A DNA stretch of 61,433 bases from Neovahlkampfia damariscottae. Lineage: Eukaryota. The notes below the pieces were generated by a model. That model made no database searches. It saw only the letters and a list, made by a program, of their open reading frames with translations, and was not told the origin of the DNA. Shown one piece after another: positions 35,721 to 48,486 of the stretch (positions within the stretch are counted from its first letter, which is position 1; each line of letters opens with the position of its first letter). The position numbers and the translations under genes are program-made. The DNA is taken from positions 1 to 61,433 of the forward strand of contig JABLTG010000127.1 in assembly GCA_016618085.1 (NCBI GenBank), in the 5' to 3' direction.

Positions 35721-37440
35721 ATGACTTTGTGGAGGTTGATCGGAATTAGTTTGTTCTTGTTGCTTATTCATTCAGTTCTATCAAATACAAACAAAATATC
35801 CATAAACTTGTCAAAAAATTTCAACACTGTCAATTCTGTTAAAAGTTGGATTTATTTCATTGATAAAATAGAAACTGAGTCAGTTTATCAAGAAACTTAT
35901 CAAAAACTGGATGAATTAACTATTTCTAGAAGAAAAATAAGTTCTACTAAGCAAGTTGATTTCTATGACCTTCCTATCAGTCAGGAATATATCAACAAAA
36001 TTTTGAACATTGTCAGCGAGAAGAGCTACAATGAAATCAAATGGATGAACGCTATTACTATAAAAATAACACAAAAAGAAGCAGAAAGTATCTCAAAATT
36101 ACCTTTTGTTCGACAAATAGAAAAAGTTTTCACTTTGAGAAAATCAAAACCAGTACAAGAACCTGAGACTGTCAAAAAATATTTTGATGCAAAAGATACA
36201 ACATATGGAGCTTCTTTTGACCAAATAAATCAAATAAATGCAATTCCAATGCATAAACAAGGATTTTATGGACAAGGAATCAGAATTTTAGTTTTAGATA
36301 CTGGATATAGATTAACACACAATGCATTGAAAAATGTGATTGTAAATGATACATATGATTTCATTCATAATAGAGTGGATGTAGATAATCATCCTGATGA
36401 TGCATTAAGTCAATATCATCATGGAACAAAAGTACTCGGATTGATAGCAGGAAATGATTCTGGAATTATTCATGGATCTGCTCCACAAGCCACGTTTTTA
36501 TTAGCTAAAACAGAAGATGTAAGATCTGAAACACAAGTCGAAGAAGATAATTTCGTGAGAGCAATTGAATGGGGTGAACAAAGAGGTGCTCATATTTTAT
36601 CTGCTTCTTTGGCTTATCTTGATTGGTACTCAAAAAATGATTTCAATGGGATCAAAGGAGTAACCACAAAAGCCATTAATATAGCAGTTCAAAAAGGTTT
36701 AATCTGTGTACTTGCCAATGGGAATAGTGGTCCTCTTGGAATTGGAGTTCCAACAGATGCTTTTTATTCAATCGGTATTGGAGCAGTTGATGTTTCTGGA
36801 AATCTTGCAGTATTTAGTAGTCATGGTCCAACAGCTGATCACAGAATCAAACCAGAAATTTGTGCAAGAGGAGTTTCCAATAATATTATTGATGTAAATA
36901 GTAATACTGCTTATAGTTCTGGATCAGGAACTTCTTTTGCAGCACCAATTGTTGCAGGTGCAATATCATTGTTATTGAATAGAAATCCAACTTGGAATCC
37001 ATATCAAGTGTATCATTCTGTTATTTCAACAGGTAGTATGAAAAATTCACCAAATAATCATTATGGATATGGAATCCTTGATATTGATAAAGCTTCAAAA
37101 GTGACTGATTTTCCGAGTGATTTAAATTGTAATCTAAACTGTCCAGCAAATTCTATCTGTTATAAACAAGCCTGTATTTGTTTTGATCCTCAACAAAATT
37201 GTTCAAAAAATCATTGTAAGTTCAAATTCAAATTTCTCAAAATTTTGAATAGATTGTCTAGGAACATCAAGATGTCTTGTAAATGGCACATGTTCAAACA
37301 ATATTTGTCAATGTAATTCAGGATGGAGTGGAAATTCATGTGCTTATTTTGCAGATGCTCCAATTATAAATAGTGCATCTAATCTTCACCTCATCAGCTT
37401 TCTTTTAGTCTTTGTCATATTAATCACATTATTTAATTAA
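35721..37440 (+). CDS. Secreted subtilisin-family (S8) protease with EGF-like C-terminus and hydrophobic tail, 1 intron
   Basis: Catalytic VLDTG, HGTKV, GTSFAAP; signal peptide; Cys-rich C-terminus. Confidence 0.93.
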
Positions 37441-37447
37441 AAATATT

Positions 37448-38716
37448 TTATTCATTGATTAAATCTGATAAAATATCAAGACTCTCTTTTTCAAATGTGA
37501 AATTAATTTTTTTTGGAGTTGTTGATAATGATTCATCAAATGTTAATTGAATTTCTTCATTTTTTTCACTATTTTTAATTGCTTCAGTATCTATTTCTCT
37601 ATCTTCAAGATCTAAAAAACCAACATTTTCATCAATCATTTCAAAATCATCCACAGATATTTCTGAAATTTTTTTTTCTATTTTCTTAACTTTTCTTTGG
37701 AATGGACATCCATCCGAATTTATAATATATACCGGAAATTCAATAATCTTTTCTTGCTTATTTGAACAAAAGAATGTTATTTTCAATGAATAAGAAACTC
37801 TGAAAATGGCATCTTTCATCATTGTAGTTTCTTTCAAATCGATTGGCACCTCAATGTCAATGGAATTTTCATATCTTGAATGTTCAACTGTTTGACTAGC
37901 AACTATTCCAGATGAAATGATTCCAATATGTTCTTTTCTTCTTTTAATTTTTCCTACAACTGTTTTTCTTGAATAAAGGTATTCCTTCAATTTGATAAAT
38001 TCATATTTGACAATATCAGTGAATTTTGAAGTTCCATTGCATAAAATAACTTGTAAATTCATTTTTTCACCTGTAAAAAAAGTGTCTCTATTCAAAATAA
38101 GACTCATTGTAATTTTGCCAATAAAGAAACCTTCATTAAGCTCTAATGATTGAATTACTGGAGAATTTCGCTTATCCATATTAATTAATACAGTATCAAC
38201 TTGACATCCATTTACTAGAATGTCAACTTTTTTTGAAAAATCATATACAGGAGTGAGTTCTAAAATATTTTCAAGTTGTTTCCATTCCTTATCGTTTTTT
38301 GGAACTGTTTGTTGTTCCATAGAACAATTTAGATAGTATTTAACTTTTCCATAATCACTTTTCATTGTACTTGGAAATATTTCATCAGGTAAACTTATTG
38401 AAAAATCAAATTCTTTTTCACCTTTTTCAACTGTTTCTGTCTCAGTTTTACTTGACCAAATAATATTCTCTAATTCGAATATAGTTCTTTTACATTCAAA
38501 TTTATGTTCTTTTAAACTACTTTTTTTATTCTGAGAGTTGGAATAGTGTCTTTCAGACCAGTGAACTTCTTCTTCACCTATGAGCGTCAGCACTAATCTT
38601 TGACAGTTTTCAAGTTCATGATCATTTATTAACCTTATTTTTCCAGTTATCTCTTCTGCTCTTTTGTAAATTTTTTTTGGACCTTCATCCAAATACACTT
38701 CAATTGTTGAACTCAT
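37448..38716 (-). CDS. Arrestin-domain protein
   Basis: ITGKIRL..GEEEVHW..FDFSISLP..PSTMKSDYGKVKYYL arrestin-N pattern and arrestin-C-like second half. Confidence 0.85.
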   Translation of the reverse strand: MSSTIEVYLDEGPKKIYKRAEEITGKIRLINDHELENCQRLVLTLIGEEEVHWSERHYSNSQNKKSSLKEHKFECKRTIFELENIIWSSKTETETVEKGEKEFDFSISLPDEIFPSTMKSDYGKVKYYLNCSMEQQTVPKNDKEWKQLENILELTPVYDFSKKVDILVNGCQVDTVLINMDKRNSPVIQSLELNEGFFIGKITMSLILNRDTFFTGEKMNLQVILCNGTSKFTDIVKYEFIKLKEYLYSRKTVVGKIKRRKEHIGIISSGIVASQTVEHSRYENSIDIEVPIDLKETTMMKDAIFRVSYSLKITFFCSNKQEKIIEFPVYIINSDGCPFQRKVKKIEKKISEISVDDFEMIDENVGFLDLEDREIDTEAIKNSEKNEEIQLTFDESLSTTPKKINFTFEKESLDILSDLINE

Positions 38717-38854
38717 GAATTATTTTGATTGGATGGAATTTTTACACTTGAAGTGACTTTCAATGAACAAAAATTAAAATTGAATCTCATTTTCTTCTTT
38801 TTTTCTGTTCAAAAAGGTTTCTGCAAAAACAACCAATCAGTTTCTTTATTAAAA

Positions 38855-40694
38855 ATGGGCAACAAGGCCATGCTTTCCGTCTCTGGTGAGAGTGATGAAG
38901 ATAAATTGAGAGCAAAACTTGTTAAAAATAGAGCTCGTTCAGTTAAAGGTTATGACACTTATGAAGTCAATTTTTCCAAAATAAAATACAATGAAAAAGA
39001 AGTTTTAAGTCACTCAACACTTGGAAATTATTTCAATGGAACAATGAACAAAGATAAAGTTGTACTTAAAGAATTTGATAAAAATGATTTTTCTTCAACT
39101 TTTATCAAAATTTTTATGTAAGAATTTTTTTTTTCAAAATTTCCAAAAGTCGAACAAAGAACATTCATTATTTTTTGAATTTCTTGGCATATGCAGAGCA
39201 TAAGGATAAAATTCTTTTAATTTTTGAAGCGGTTGATACGAACTTTAAGAATTTTGTTGTTGTGAAAAAATTTTCAAAAATTCAAAAGTTGGAACATATT
39301 TTACACATTTATGAAGCAATTTCTATTTTACATCATTATGATATAACTCATGGTAAATTTTCAGCTGAAGATATAATGGTTTGAAAAAAAATGATGAATT
39401 AATAATTTTTTTTTTTTGCAGGTTCTTCATGATGAGATAAAATTATGTAATTATGGATTTAATGATCCTTTCTTAACAAATGATGAAGATAATTTAAAGG
39501 ATCATCAGAAAAAATGGGATGTATTTTATATCAATCAACTTTTAATTCAACTTTTGTTAAATGATTTTAACAAAGAAACATTGGAAGAAGACGAATTGAA
39601 AAAATTAAATTTATCAAAAAATTTGATTAAATTAATGAAAAATATTCATGAAAAAACCTATTCTGATACATTGGAAGAAATACTTGAAATCATGACAAAA
39701 GAGATTGACGATTTGAAGTTTGAAGATTTTTTGGTGACAGAGTTAAACGAAGAAATGAAAGAAGAAATTATTAAAGTTTTAAATCAAACAACAGAAGAAA
39801 TTAATTTTGAATGTAATATTGCTGAAATATCACTAACTTTTGAAAAAGATCAAAATATTGGAGATAGAGGAGCCTATGTTCTTGGAATTGCTTTAAAAGG
39901 AAACACAACATTAAAAAGATTAAAAATTGGATGTAAATAAAAAAATACACTGAAAAAAAATAGATAATCATATCACAGATTATGGTATTTCAAAAATTTT
40001 CCAAGCTTTGTTTGAAAATGAATCATTGGAAGAATTCAACGTTGAAGGTAAAAATAACAAAAATTTATAATTTTTAGGAAACCAAATTTCAGTAAATGAA
40101 TATGCAGAGAAAATAGGAACCTTTTTATCCATAAACAAAACGTTAAAAATTTTAAACTTACAATCTAATAAATTATCCGATGAAGTTGGTTTGTCAATTG
40201 CAAACTCAATGGAAAAAAATAATTCCATTGAAATGATTTACTTATCAAATAATAAATTCTCAGATGAATGTGGTGTTCAATTTGCAAAATCATTGGAGAA
40301 GAATACCACTTTGAAACTCTTGAATTTTGATGATAACAAATTTACAAATAGAACAGCTGTCCAATTTGGAAAGTCACTAAAAAACAATAAGAATTTAAAT
40401 GTATTGTCATTAGCATGTAATTATATATCGTATGTTATCTAATTCTTTTTAGTCAATCAAATATCAGATATAGGTTTATTGGAAATTATTGGATCACTAG
40501 AATCTAATAATTTAAAGGAAATATATCTTGGAAATAACAAAATCACAGATGAAGGAGTGGAAAAACTTCGTAAATTATTAGAAAATACCAAGTTAGAGGT
40601 GCTTCATTTGGGTGGAAATTCTGATATTTCAATGGATGTCAAAATGGAAATTTCAAAAATAAAAGCAATCAAATATGATTCCCATTTTCAATAA
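38855..40694 (+). CDS. Degenerate kinase-like + RNI-type LRR protein, multiple introns
   Basis: MGNK start (possible myristoylation), VVLKE, ITHGKFSAEDI and LCNYG replacing HRD/DFG, IGDRGA..L..NTTLKRL repeats. Confidence 0.75.
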
Positions 40695-40696
40695 AT

Positions 40697-41546
40697 TTAT
40701 TGTTTTTTCTTTTTATCAGAATATGTTTTGAAATAGAATGATATGAAAAGAATCAAATAACTGACAACAACTGCTGTAGCAAATTCATTTCCCCATGAAT
40801 CAAAAGATGCACAGTTTTGTTTCAAATTGAAATGCAAATAATACACATATAATTGAAAAACAATATTTACAACAAATTGGACTATTTGAATTTGAGTCAT
40901 ATATCTAAAAAATAATGTCAATTTTTCATTCGTTACTTTTTCCACCAAATTTTAGCACCTGGATTAACGGTTGTCAAGTAGTAATAATAATACATTGGAA
41001 CATGAACAAAACAGTTTGTAGTAACACCAATCCACATTCCAACTACACTATTAGTAACCCCAGACCACATCAAAATTCTTCAAAAAAGACTATGTTATTT
41101 TTTTTTTTTCTTTACAAAGTGATATAATGATGATAGACATGAAGAAACATCAATTTTCCTTTTTTGAGTACAATTAATACTGTATCGAATAATTCATATG
41201 CTTTGCTTAAATAAAATAAATAACAAAAAAAAAATAGTGATCCTTTTCCGTTGATTAATTTATCTGAATCACAGAACAACAAAAATTGAAATTCTTCAAA
41301 TGAATTTGAGATAAAATAAACATTAAAAATTGAAAATATCATTCCTAATAATAAAAATAAAGATAAACATGTCATTATTGCGTTGTGAATTATGGAAATA
41401 GTTTTTAACACCATGGCGTCTTTGTTCTTCATAAAGTGTCTTAAACTGAAGATTACTATCAAATAACTTGTACTGACAACAAATGGAAACGTGAAATCTG
41501 TTAAAGGAGTTTCTGGTTTAATCTCAAAACTGTTCAACAACTCCAT
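40697..41546 (-). CDS. Fatty acid elongase (ELO family), 2 introns
   Basis: FYLSKAYELFDT, FLHVYHH, HVPMYYYY, TQIQIVQF, C-terminal KKKQ. Confidence 0.93.
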
Positions 41547-41642
41547 CTCTCGCAACTGAAACTTTCCTTTTTACCAATCAAAATTTATTCCGAATATTCT
41601 CCGTTATAACGATTTTAATTTTCCACAACATAAAAATTTTAT

Positions 41643-44600
41643 TCAAAAAATCTCCGAACTATCTCTAATATTCCAATTATAAGACTTATACTTCATTTTT
41701 ATATTGGATGGATTTTTCATCAATTCAGCTAAATTTTTTTTCAATTCATTTTCTGTAATGTGACTCAAGATAAACTGACACACTTCTTCATTGGTTTTAC
41801 CAAAATCAAAAAAGTACCATTTCAACAATACATTCATTTTTAATGTGCTTTTTACAATTGAAACCTCTTGGTCCAGAAAATTCGAACATGATAAATTCAA
41901 GCCAATCTCGAGATTTGTTGGATCAAAACATCGAATTTTAGCAGTTGACTTTGAAGAAGACACCAAAGAAAATATGATTCTTGGGTCTTTTTTTTGTAAA
42001 ATAAAGTTCAATCTCTTGTCATTCTTGGCAAAATATGTCGATTTTGGAGAATGAGGTCCTGGTGAATTCGATCTCAAAACTTGTGAAAAATTAAGTTGAT
42101 AAATGTGAATTACTTCCATGTTTGATATCATTGAGTGAATATAAAAACCCACCAATATCATACTTGTAAACAGTAAAAAATTTTGATCTTTCAAATTGAT
42201 TTTTATATGATCCATGAATTAAAAAAACATGAATCAACAAAGAGTTATAAATATTGATAAAAAAGCACTTCTTTTCTTTTTCAGTTAATTCATCAATAGA
42301 CAAGGATTGTAGCTCTACAGTTAAATTTAAAAATTCTTTGAAATCATCAGAATTCTTTAAAGCATGATAATCAACACCTTGTTTTGTTGAAAATTTGTTT
42401 TGAATATCAATTTGTGATTTTTGAATTTTTTGTGAAACTACAACAGCAGAAAATGGTATTCCATTAAATTTACGATGTGTATTCAAAATCTTTGAATTAT
42501 CATCAATATGAAACCTATAAAGTGTATCATTATTCAAAAATGGTTGAACATCACCAATATGATGAAGATAACATTCATTCAATAATTGTTCACCAACCAA
42601 GATTGCCTGTTTTGATTTCAAGTTGTATTTATTTTTCAACCATGCAACTAAATGAGTACCTTTAAAACAATTCTCGTAATATTTCAATTGATAAAGAAAT
42701 TTCTTTCCAAATCCTGAAATTCCATTCTTTTTTGATCTCATTTTTTTTATTAATGATAAAACTTGAGTTTCTTCAGATATGTCAAGATATTGTTTTAATG
42801 GTCCTTCAATTGGTAGTTGGATTGTTTTTTTTGCATATTCTGCATCTTGTATTTCTTCAATCATAACAAGATAAGTTTCAGATTTTGAAAATTCATCATA
42901 TATTTCAGAAATGTATTTTCCTAATATTTCATAAATTGGATCAAAAACAGTCAAGAAAAATCTTTGTTTCATCAAATCTTTTGTTTTAATTTTTGGTATA
43001 ATCTCTTCAATATATTGAAATATTTCTTTATCTTTTTTCATTAGTAATCTGACGAATGTAGAATCAGCTAAGAATTTATCTGAGATGATTTGAGCGCATG
43101 GTTTGATATCAACAGAATCATTTGGTAATTCTTGAAGAAATGTATATTCAATGACAAAATCTAAAAATATAAGATGTTGTTTGTGCTTTTTCATGAATTC
43201 TACTAAATGTCTTTTTCCAATTTCATTGGATATTGTTTCTTTCAATGAGTAATTATTATGTTCTTCAATTGAAACTTCTAAAACATCAAGTAATAGTTCA
43301 GATGTGGATTGAACTCCTGATGAATCTGTATCGGAATCAACATCACTATTTGAAAATCTTGGTGATATATTTGGTGTAATATCATTTGAATTTGTACCTG
43401 ATCTTGATTTTAGTGTTAAATTCAATGGATTGGATGTGGTATGATTTAAAGGAGATCCACTAAAATTTGATCTTGGTGAATGTTGTGGTGATGATCCAGA
43501 TGACAATGTTGGTGTTAATGTTGGTGTTGAAAACTTCTTTAGGTTATGTGATGAATTTCCTAAACTTTTTGTTTTCCTCAGGGATAAATTTTTCATTGAG
43601 AAGGTTCGTTTTTTTGGCATTTCATCTTCAACAGAATCAGGATCAACTTCTGAATCATGTCTTGGTTCAATCAATAATGATTCTTCATATAATTCATCAG
43701 GATCTTTTGCTATTTGATCAATTTCTGACAGGTATTTTAAAATCTTTGAATTTGGTTTTAATTTGTAATTCTCTTGTTGAAAAAATTGAATATCACGAAT
43801 GGTTTGAGCATATAAATCTTTTTTTGACCAATTTATTAATGAATCAATCATATCTTTATTTCCATCTTCAATGAATGTCAAATCTGTCAAATAAATTCCA
43901 ATGAAAGGAATGGTTGGTGGAATTGCTTTTTTAATTTCACTTCTTAGACCTTTAAATCCATTATCTGGAGAACACATACCCTTCAATTTCATCAAAATAT
44001 TAAATTCTTCTTTTGGCAAATGAGAAAAAGTCTTTTTCAATCTAAAAATAGAATTTGCATTAATACCAGGTAATATTCCCATGATTAAACTAAAATTGTT
44101 CATTTTATAAGCTTCATTTGCCACGTTTATAAATTTACAAATTACTTCTATTCTGTCATCAAGATTTCTTTCATTCAAAATCATAGTTGAAACCCAATAT
44201 GAAAGTGTATTTGAAAACTGAATGAAATGATTTAAATTTGTCTTTTGTTTTGTTCTATTCTGTTGAAGGAATTCAAATGAATGAATTTTTTGAAATTGTT
44301 CAAAAGAGATTAGAGTAAGTTGTTCTGTGATTTCTTTTGGTGAAGCATCTTGAAACGTCAAGAGGTTTACAATTAAATTCTTATCTAAAATAACTTGTTC
44401 AAAGCTATTTTGTGTTTTCTTTTTTTTTGACAGGTTTTTAAGTATTTTTTGGGATGTTGAATTCATTTGAGTTTGTTTCATTTCTTCACAAAAATCTTGA
44501 ATTCCTGGAATTAAATCTTCTGGAAAATGAATATCTGAAACCCATAAGATACAAAACTGAGATATTCTATTGGTAATTTTTTAGTTATAATTTTGTTTGA

Positions 44601-44998
44601 TGAACCTTAACCGAATTACTGACAACTCTTTGGTGTAAAAATTTTGAAACTCTTCTACTGATAAATTATTTGATTTTGGACATTGGTTATATTTTAACCG
44701 CAGAATTATTAACAACTCTTCTCCAGTCAAAATGGATTCATAAATTAATAAAAATTTTTTCATAAGTTCAAGATAATCTACGAATTTAAAAAATAAAAAA
44801 CTGACCTGTATTTGAAGGATTAACCATAAAATGTACAAATTGTTCCGGAGTACCACAAAGTATTTCTCCGTTTTCTTTTAGTTTTAAATTATCTGATGTT
44901 GTTTTAAACTTTTCATATTTTTTGAAATTCTCTTCTTTGAAGAGCGGATCAAGTGATTTAGTATCGAAACATGAAACATAATATTCGTATGGATTCAT
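41643..44998 (-). CDS. RasGEF + RGS-like + DEP + DUF547-like multidomain protein
   Basis: EITEQLT, PPTIPFIGIYLTDLTFIEDGN (CDC25); CFKGTHLVAWL..GEQLL..LYRF (DEP); FFINIYNSL, DPRIIFSL, LLKWYFFDFG (DUF547-like); introns near 44785-44805, 44570-44605, 42082-42114. Confidence 0.85.
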
Positions 44999-45629
44999 GT
45001 TTGAAAAAAAGTCGTTAACCAGAATCAAGATGGAATTTGATTTGTCAACACCAAAAAGTCCAGAAAAAGCACATGCTGTTGCCTAAAACATAAATGTCCA
45101 GACGAAGAATAATGGAAAAAAAAATAAAAATCTGGAAAAAAAATTGATTTCTAAGTAAAAAAAAAAGGTGAAAACTGAAGATATAAGCGCTTTTGAAAAA
45201 TCAAATAAATTTGACAACTTCATTGAAGTAGGATATTTTTTAGACCTGATTCATACCTGATGGATAGGTCTGCTGGCAAAGATATCAACTTGAAATCTGA
45301 TTTTTCTTCAACTTACTCAAGGCAATTGAAAAACAATTTTCTGGCCAACAAAGAAACTATCAAAGTTCACCTGTTACAGAGGATGTCGGAGTTGCACAGA
45401 AGAGTGATGTTTTATTAGTTTTCTTTTCAAATGTTCATGGTATTCTCAAACGGAGAAAATAGAAATAAAATAACTTTCTGTGTTTCCTGAACTGTCCAAA
45501 CTCATCCACGTGTTTTGACGGAATAAAAACAATACAAAAGAACATAAAAAAGTTTATTACACCTAGGTTTCTCCATAAATCTGCTCAAAGTACCTTGAAA
45601 TCTGTTTTCTTGTCATGTTGAGAACATCA

Positions 45630-45689
45630 TTCCTTCAGCTGATATGACCATCTTCTTGAATAAAAAGATGGCCATATCAGCTGAAGGAA
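45630..45689. repeat. 25-bp inverted repeat with 10-nt loop
   Basis: TTCCTTCAGCTGATATGACCATCTT (45630-45654) versus AAGATGGCCATATCAGCTGAAGGAA (45665-45689), one mismatch. Confidence 0.9.
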
Positions 45690-45929
45690 CATCTGTTTCT
45701 CTCGTAATATTTTGGTTCTCAGACCTTCTTTATTTGTGCACAAATTTTTTTCCCAGTTGCCCAATGAAAATCGATTAATTCTTAATTCATAAACCAATGA
45801 ATTCCAAAAAAAAAAAAAACCAAGAAATATCGATAAAATCGTCAAAAAAGATATTCAAAACACCTTTTTCTTTTGTACCAATTTGGCTAAAAATTTCCAT
45901 TTTTTGCCCAATCATTTAATTTTCCAATC

Positions 45930-48191
45930 ATGGAACGAACAACAAAAGTGCAAAAACAAAAGAAACATCTGTTGATAATAAAAAAACCAAAAATCACCAT
46001 AAAAAAATATGGAAACCTCAATAAAGAACCATTTCAAAAGAGTTACTGGAAAAGTGAAGCCGAAATAAAACTACATCCATATCCATTGAACTATGAAGCA
46101 ACTCTTCTGCATAGAGGAATAAAATACCAACTTAAAATAGATAAAGGAAGATCAGGACCATTATTTAAAGTCAAAGATTTACATTCAAATCAAGAATCTC
46201 AAGGAAATGATTGTAAAACAGCATGGGACAATATACATCATCTAAAAGGACAAAAATATGTTGATACTGACGGTTATGAAATGTTTGGATTTAATAATGA
46301 ACCATTAAGAGAAGAATTGAACAAAATGGCGAAACATCAAATCCAGGTTTTTTTTTCTTTTTTTTTTAATTTAAAAAAGACAGTCTTGCGAAATATGATA
46401 CAAAAATCAGATGTAGCAGTAGAAAATAACAAAATACAAGAAAATCAAAAAAAAATTTCTTCACCAATCCTTCCACAACCAGAAAAAGAAACAAATGAAC
46501 AAATTGAACAAGAAGAAAAAGATGAAATAAATGAAATATTTGAAAAAGAAATTTTACCAAATGAATCTAATAACAACGTTCAAATAAGTTTAGAAAAATC
46601 ACAAAAAAAGACACAAGAGTCGAAAAAATCAGAAAAAAATAAATCATCTGATGAAGACTCACAAGATTTATATTCAATAGATTTACGTGAAGAAACTTCA
46701 ACAAAATTACAATCCATTAAAGATATAGATACCCAAGAATCAGTTGATTTAAATGAATCAATAGAATTAGATTTTGAAGAAGAAGAAGAAGAAAAATCAT
46801 TTATTCCTGATTCTGATGAATCTGAGTCATCAAAAATCAAACCACACTCACTCTCTGGAAAATTAACTAATTTTGATAATGCAATTTTTTCAGAACACCT
46901 TTTGGAGAAATCAACATCAAAAGAAATGGTTGATGCAAGTGTTGAAGTAAAAAGTCAAATGTTAATAGAAGACCTTGAATCACAAACTATTTTGACACCA
47001 ATGTCTCCTGTAAAATCTAATTCTAAAAAATCAACTAAATCACCAATGGTTTTTGAAAGTCCAATGAAACAATTCTTGGATTCTACTTCGGAAGATATTT
47101 CACAAGAGGATATGAAGTCAAATCCTTTCTTTTCTCAACATAAATTGCCAAATCATCCAATTGAGGCAATTAACAAAGATTATCAATTAGAAACATTTCC
47201 AAAAATTAGTTTTACATCACCTATTGTTGATATCGCATTTTCAAATGGAATAGAATCACGAATAGCTGTTTGTTTGGAAGATCAAGTTTTCATTTATTTA
47301 TTACTTGAAAACAATAATTGGATATGCAATGAATTTTATCAAACGGATGACAATAGCTTCACAAAAGTTATATTTACTTCAAATAATTTCATTATGTTAA
47401 TCAGTGAAAATGAAAAAACATCTGTTGTTGAAATTTTCAAAGGAAAAGATAAATTCATTTCAAAATTAAAATTTGAATGTAAAATAATAGGATGTTTAAC
47501 ATTTGATAATGTATTGATTGTATCAACTCAAAAAGATATCATCAAGTATGAGTTTAATGAAAGTTGGAATATTTTACAAGGTGAAACAATTCTTGAAAAT
47601 ATGAATGGATCAAGTGATTTAAAATGTGTTTCCGTCACATCTGATGAAACTAAACTCTTTGCTTTATCGGATTGTATGTGTGGAATTTGGGATTTAAATA
47701 CTTGTAAACTGATTAATTCTGTTAAAACTTATCCATTCTATGAAATTATCAATCCATTAATCATCCATGAATCAAAAACAAAAGGACAAGAAGGATTAAT
47801 GGTAATATTTCTTTTTAAGAAATATGATGATGAACAAGATGAAGATGAGCAACAAAAAGAATTACATAAATGTGGATTGTTTTTCATTTCAATGACTGGT
47901 GATCATTTCATCTTGAAATATATTTATGAAAATAAATCAAGTTTAACACAAAGTCAATCATTGAATAATTTACAAGTTGTATCTTCTGCTATTAATCAAT
48001 CTAATTATTTGAGTGTTGGAACATCAATTGGAAAGATTTATATTTTTAATTCAAGGACTACTCATTGTTCTGGTATTTTATCAGATTTAGAAAATGAAAA
48101 GATAAGTTGTTGTAAATTTCACAATGATTTACCTTTATTTGCTTCTGCTTCCGAAAATGGAAATCTGTTCATTTATTACCAAGAAAATTGA
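45930..48191 (+). CDS. FYR-like N-terminal domain + acidic linker + WD40-like beta-propeller protein
   Basis: YPLNYEA..GPLFKV..AW..GYEMFGF resembles FYRN/FYRC; C-terminal LSVGTSIGKIYIFN and FASASENGNLFIY. Confidence 0.65.
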   Translation: MERTTKVQKQKKHLLIIKKPKITIKKYGNLNKEPFQKSYWKSEAEIKLHPYPLNYEATLLHRGIKYQLKIDKGRSGPLFKVKDLHSNQESQGNDCKTAWDNIHHLKGQKYVDTDGYEMFGFNNEPLREELNKMAKHQIQVFFSFFFNLKKTVLRNMIQKSDVAVENNKIQENQKKISSPILPQPEKETNEQIEQEEKDEINEIFEKEILPNESNNNVQISLEKSQKKTQESKKSEKNKSSDEDSQDLYSIDLREETSTKLQSIKDIDTQESVDLNESIELDFEEEEEEKSFIPDSDESESSKIKPHSLSGKLTNFDNAIFSEHLLEKSTSKEMVDASVEVKSQMLIEDLESQTILTPMSPVKSNSKKSTKSPMVFESPMKQFLDSTSEDISQEDMKSNPFFSQHKLPNHPIEAINKDYQLETFPKISFTSPIVDIAFSNGIESRIAVCLEDQVFIYLLLENNNWICNEFYQTDDNSFTKVIFTSNNFIMLISENEKTSVVEIFKGKDKFISKLKFECKIIGCLTFDNVLIVSTQKDIIKYEFNESWNILQGETILENMNGSSDLKCVSVTSDETKLFALSDCMCGIWDLNTCKLINSVKTYPFYEIINPLIIHESKTKGQEGLMVIFLFKKYDDEQDEDEQQKELHKCGLFFISMTGDHFILKYIYENKSSLTQSQSLNNLQVVSSAINQSNYLSVGTSIGKIYIFNSRTTHCSGILSDLENEKISCCKFHNDLPLFASASENGNLFIYYQEN

Positions 48192-48486
48192 ATAAAAAAT
48201 TGTTTTGAAATGATTGGATGTTAAAATTTGATCTTTTGGATGTTAAAAAAAAAACAAAAAAACACAAATTTAAGAAAAAAAGTATTGGAATAGTGTTTCC
48301 ACAAACCGGAATTAAAACAATCTCAGAATCACTGGACAGTATTTCAAGGAAATTATGGAATTTGGATGAGATTGGAAAATTGAAAAACATCAACAGTTCT
48401 CTGGACAATATGACCGCGGCAGTCGGAGGGTCAGGGTTCACTATAACGTATATCCTCTTTTGAAACCAATGCAAAAAAAAAAGGAA

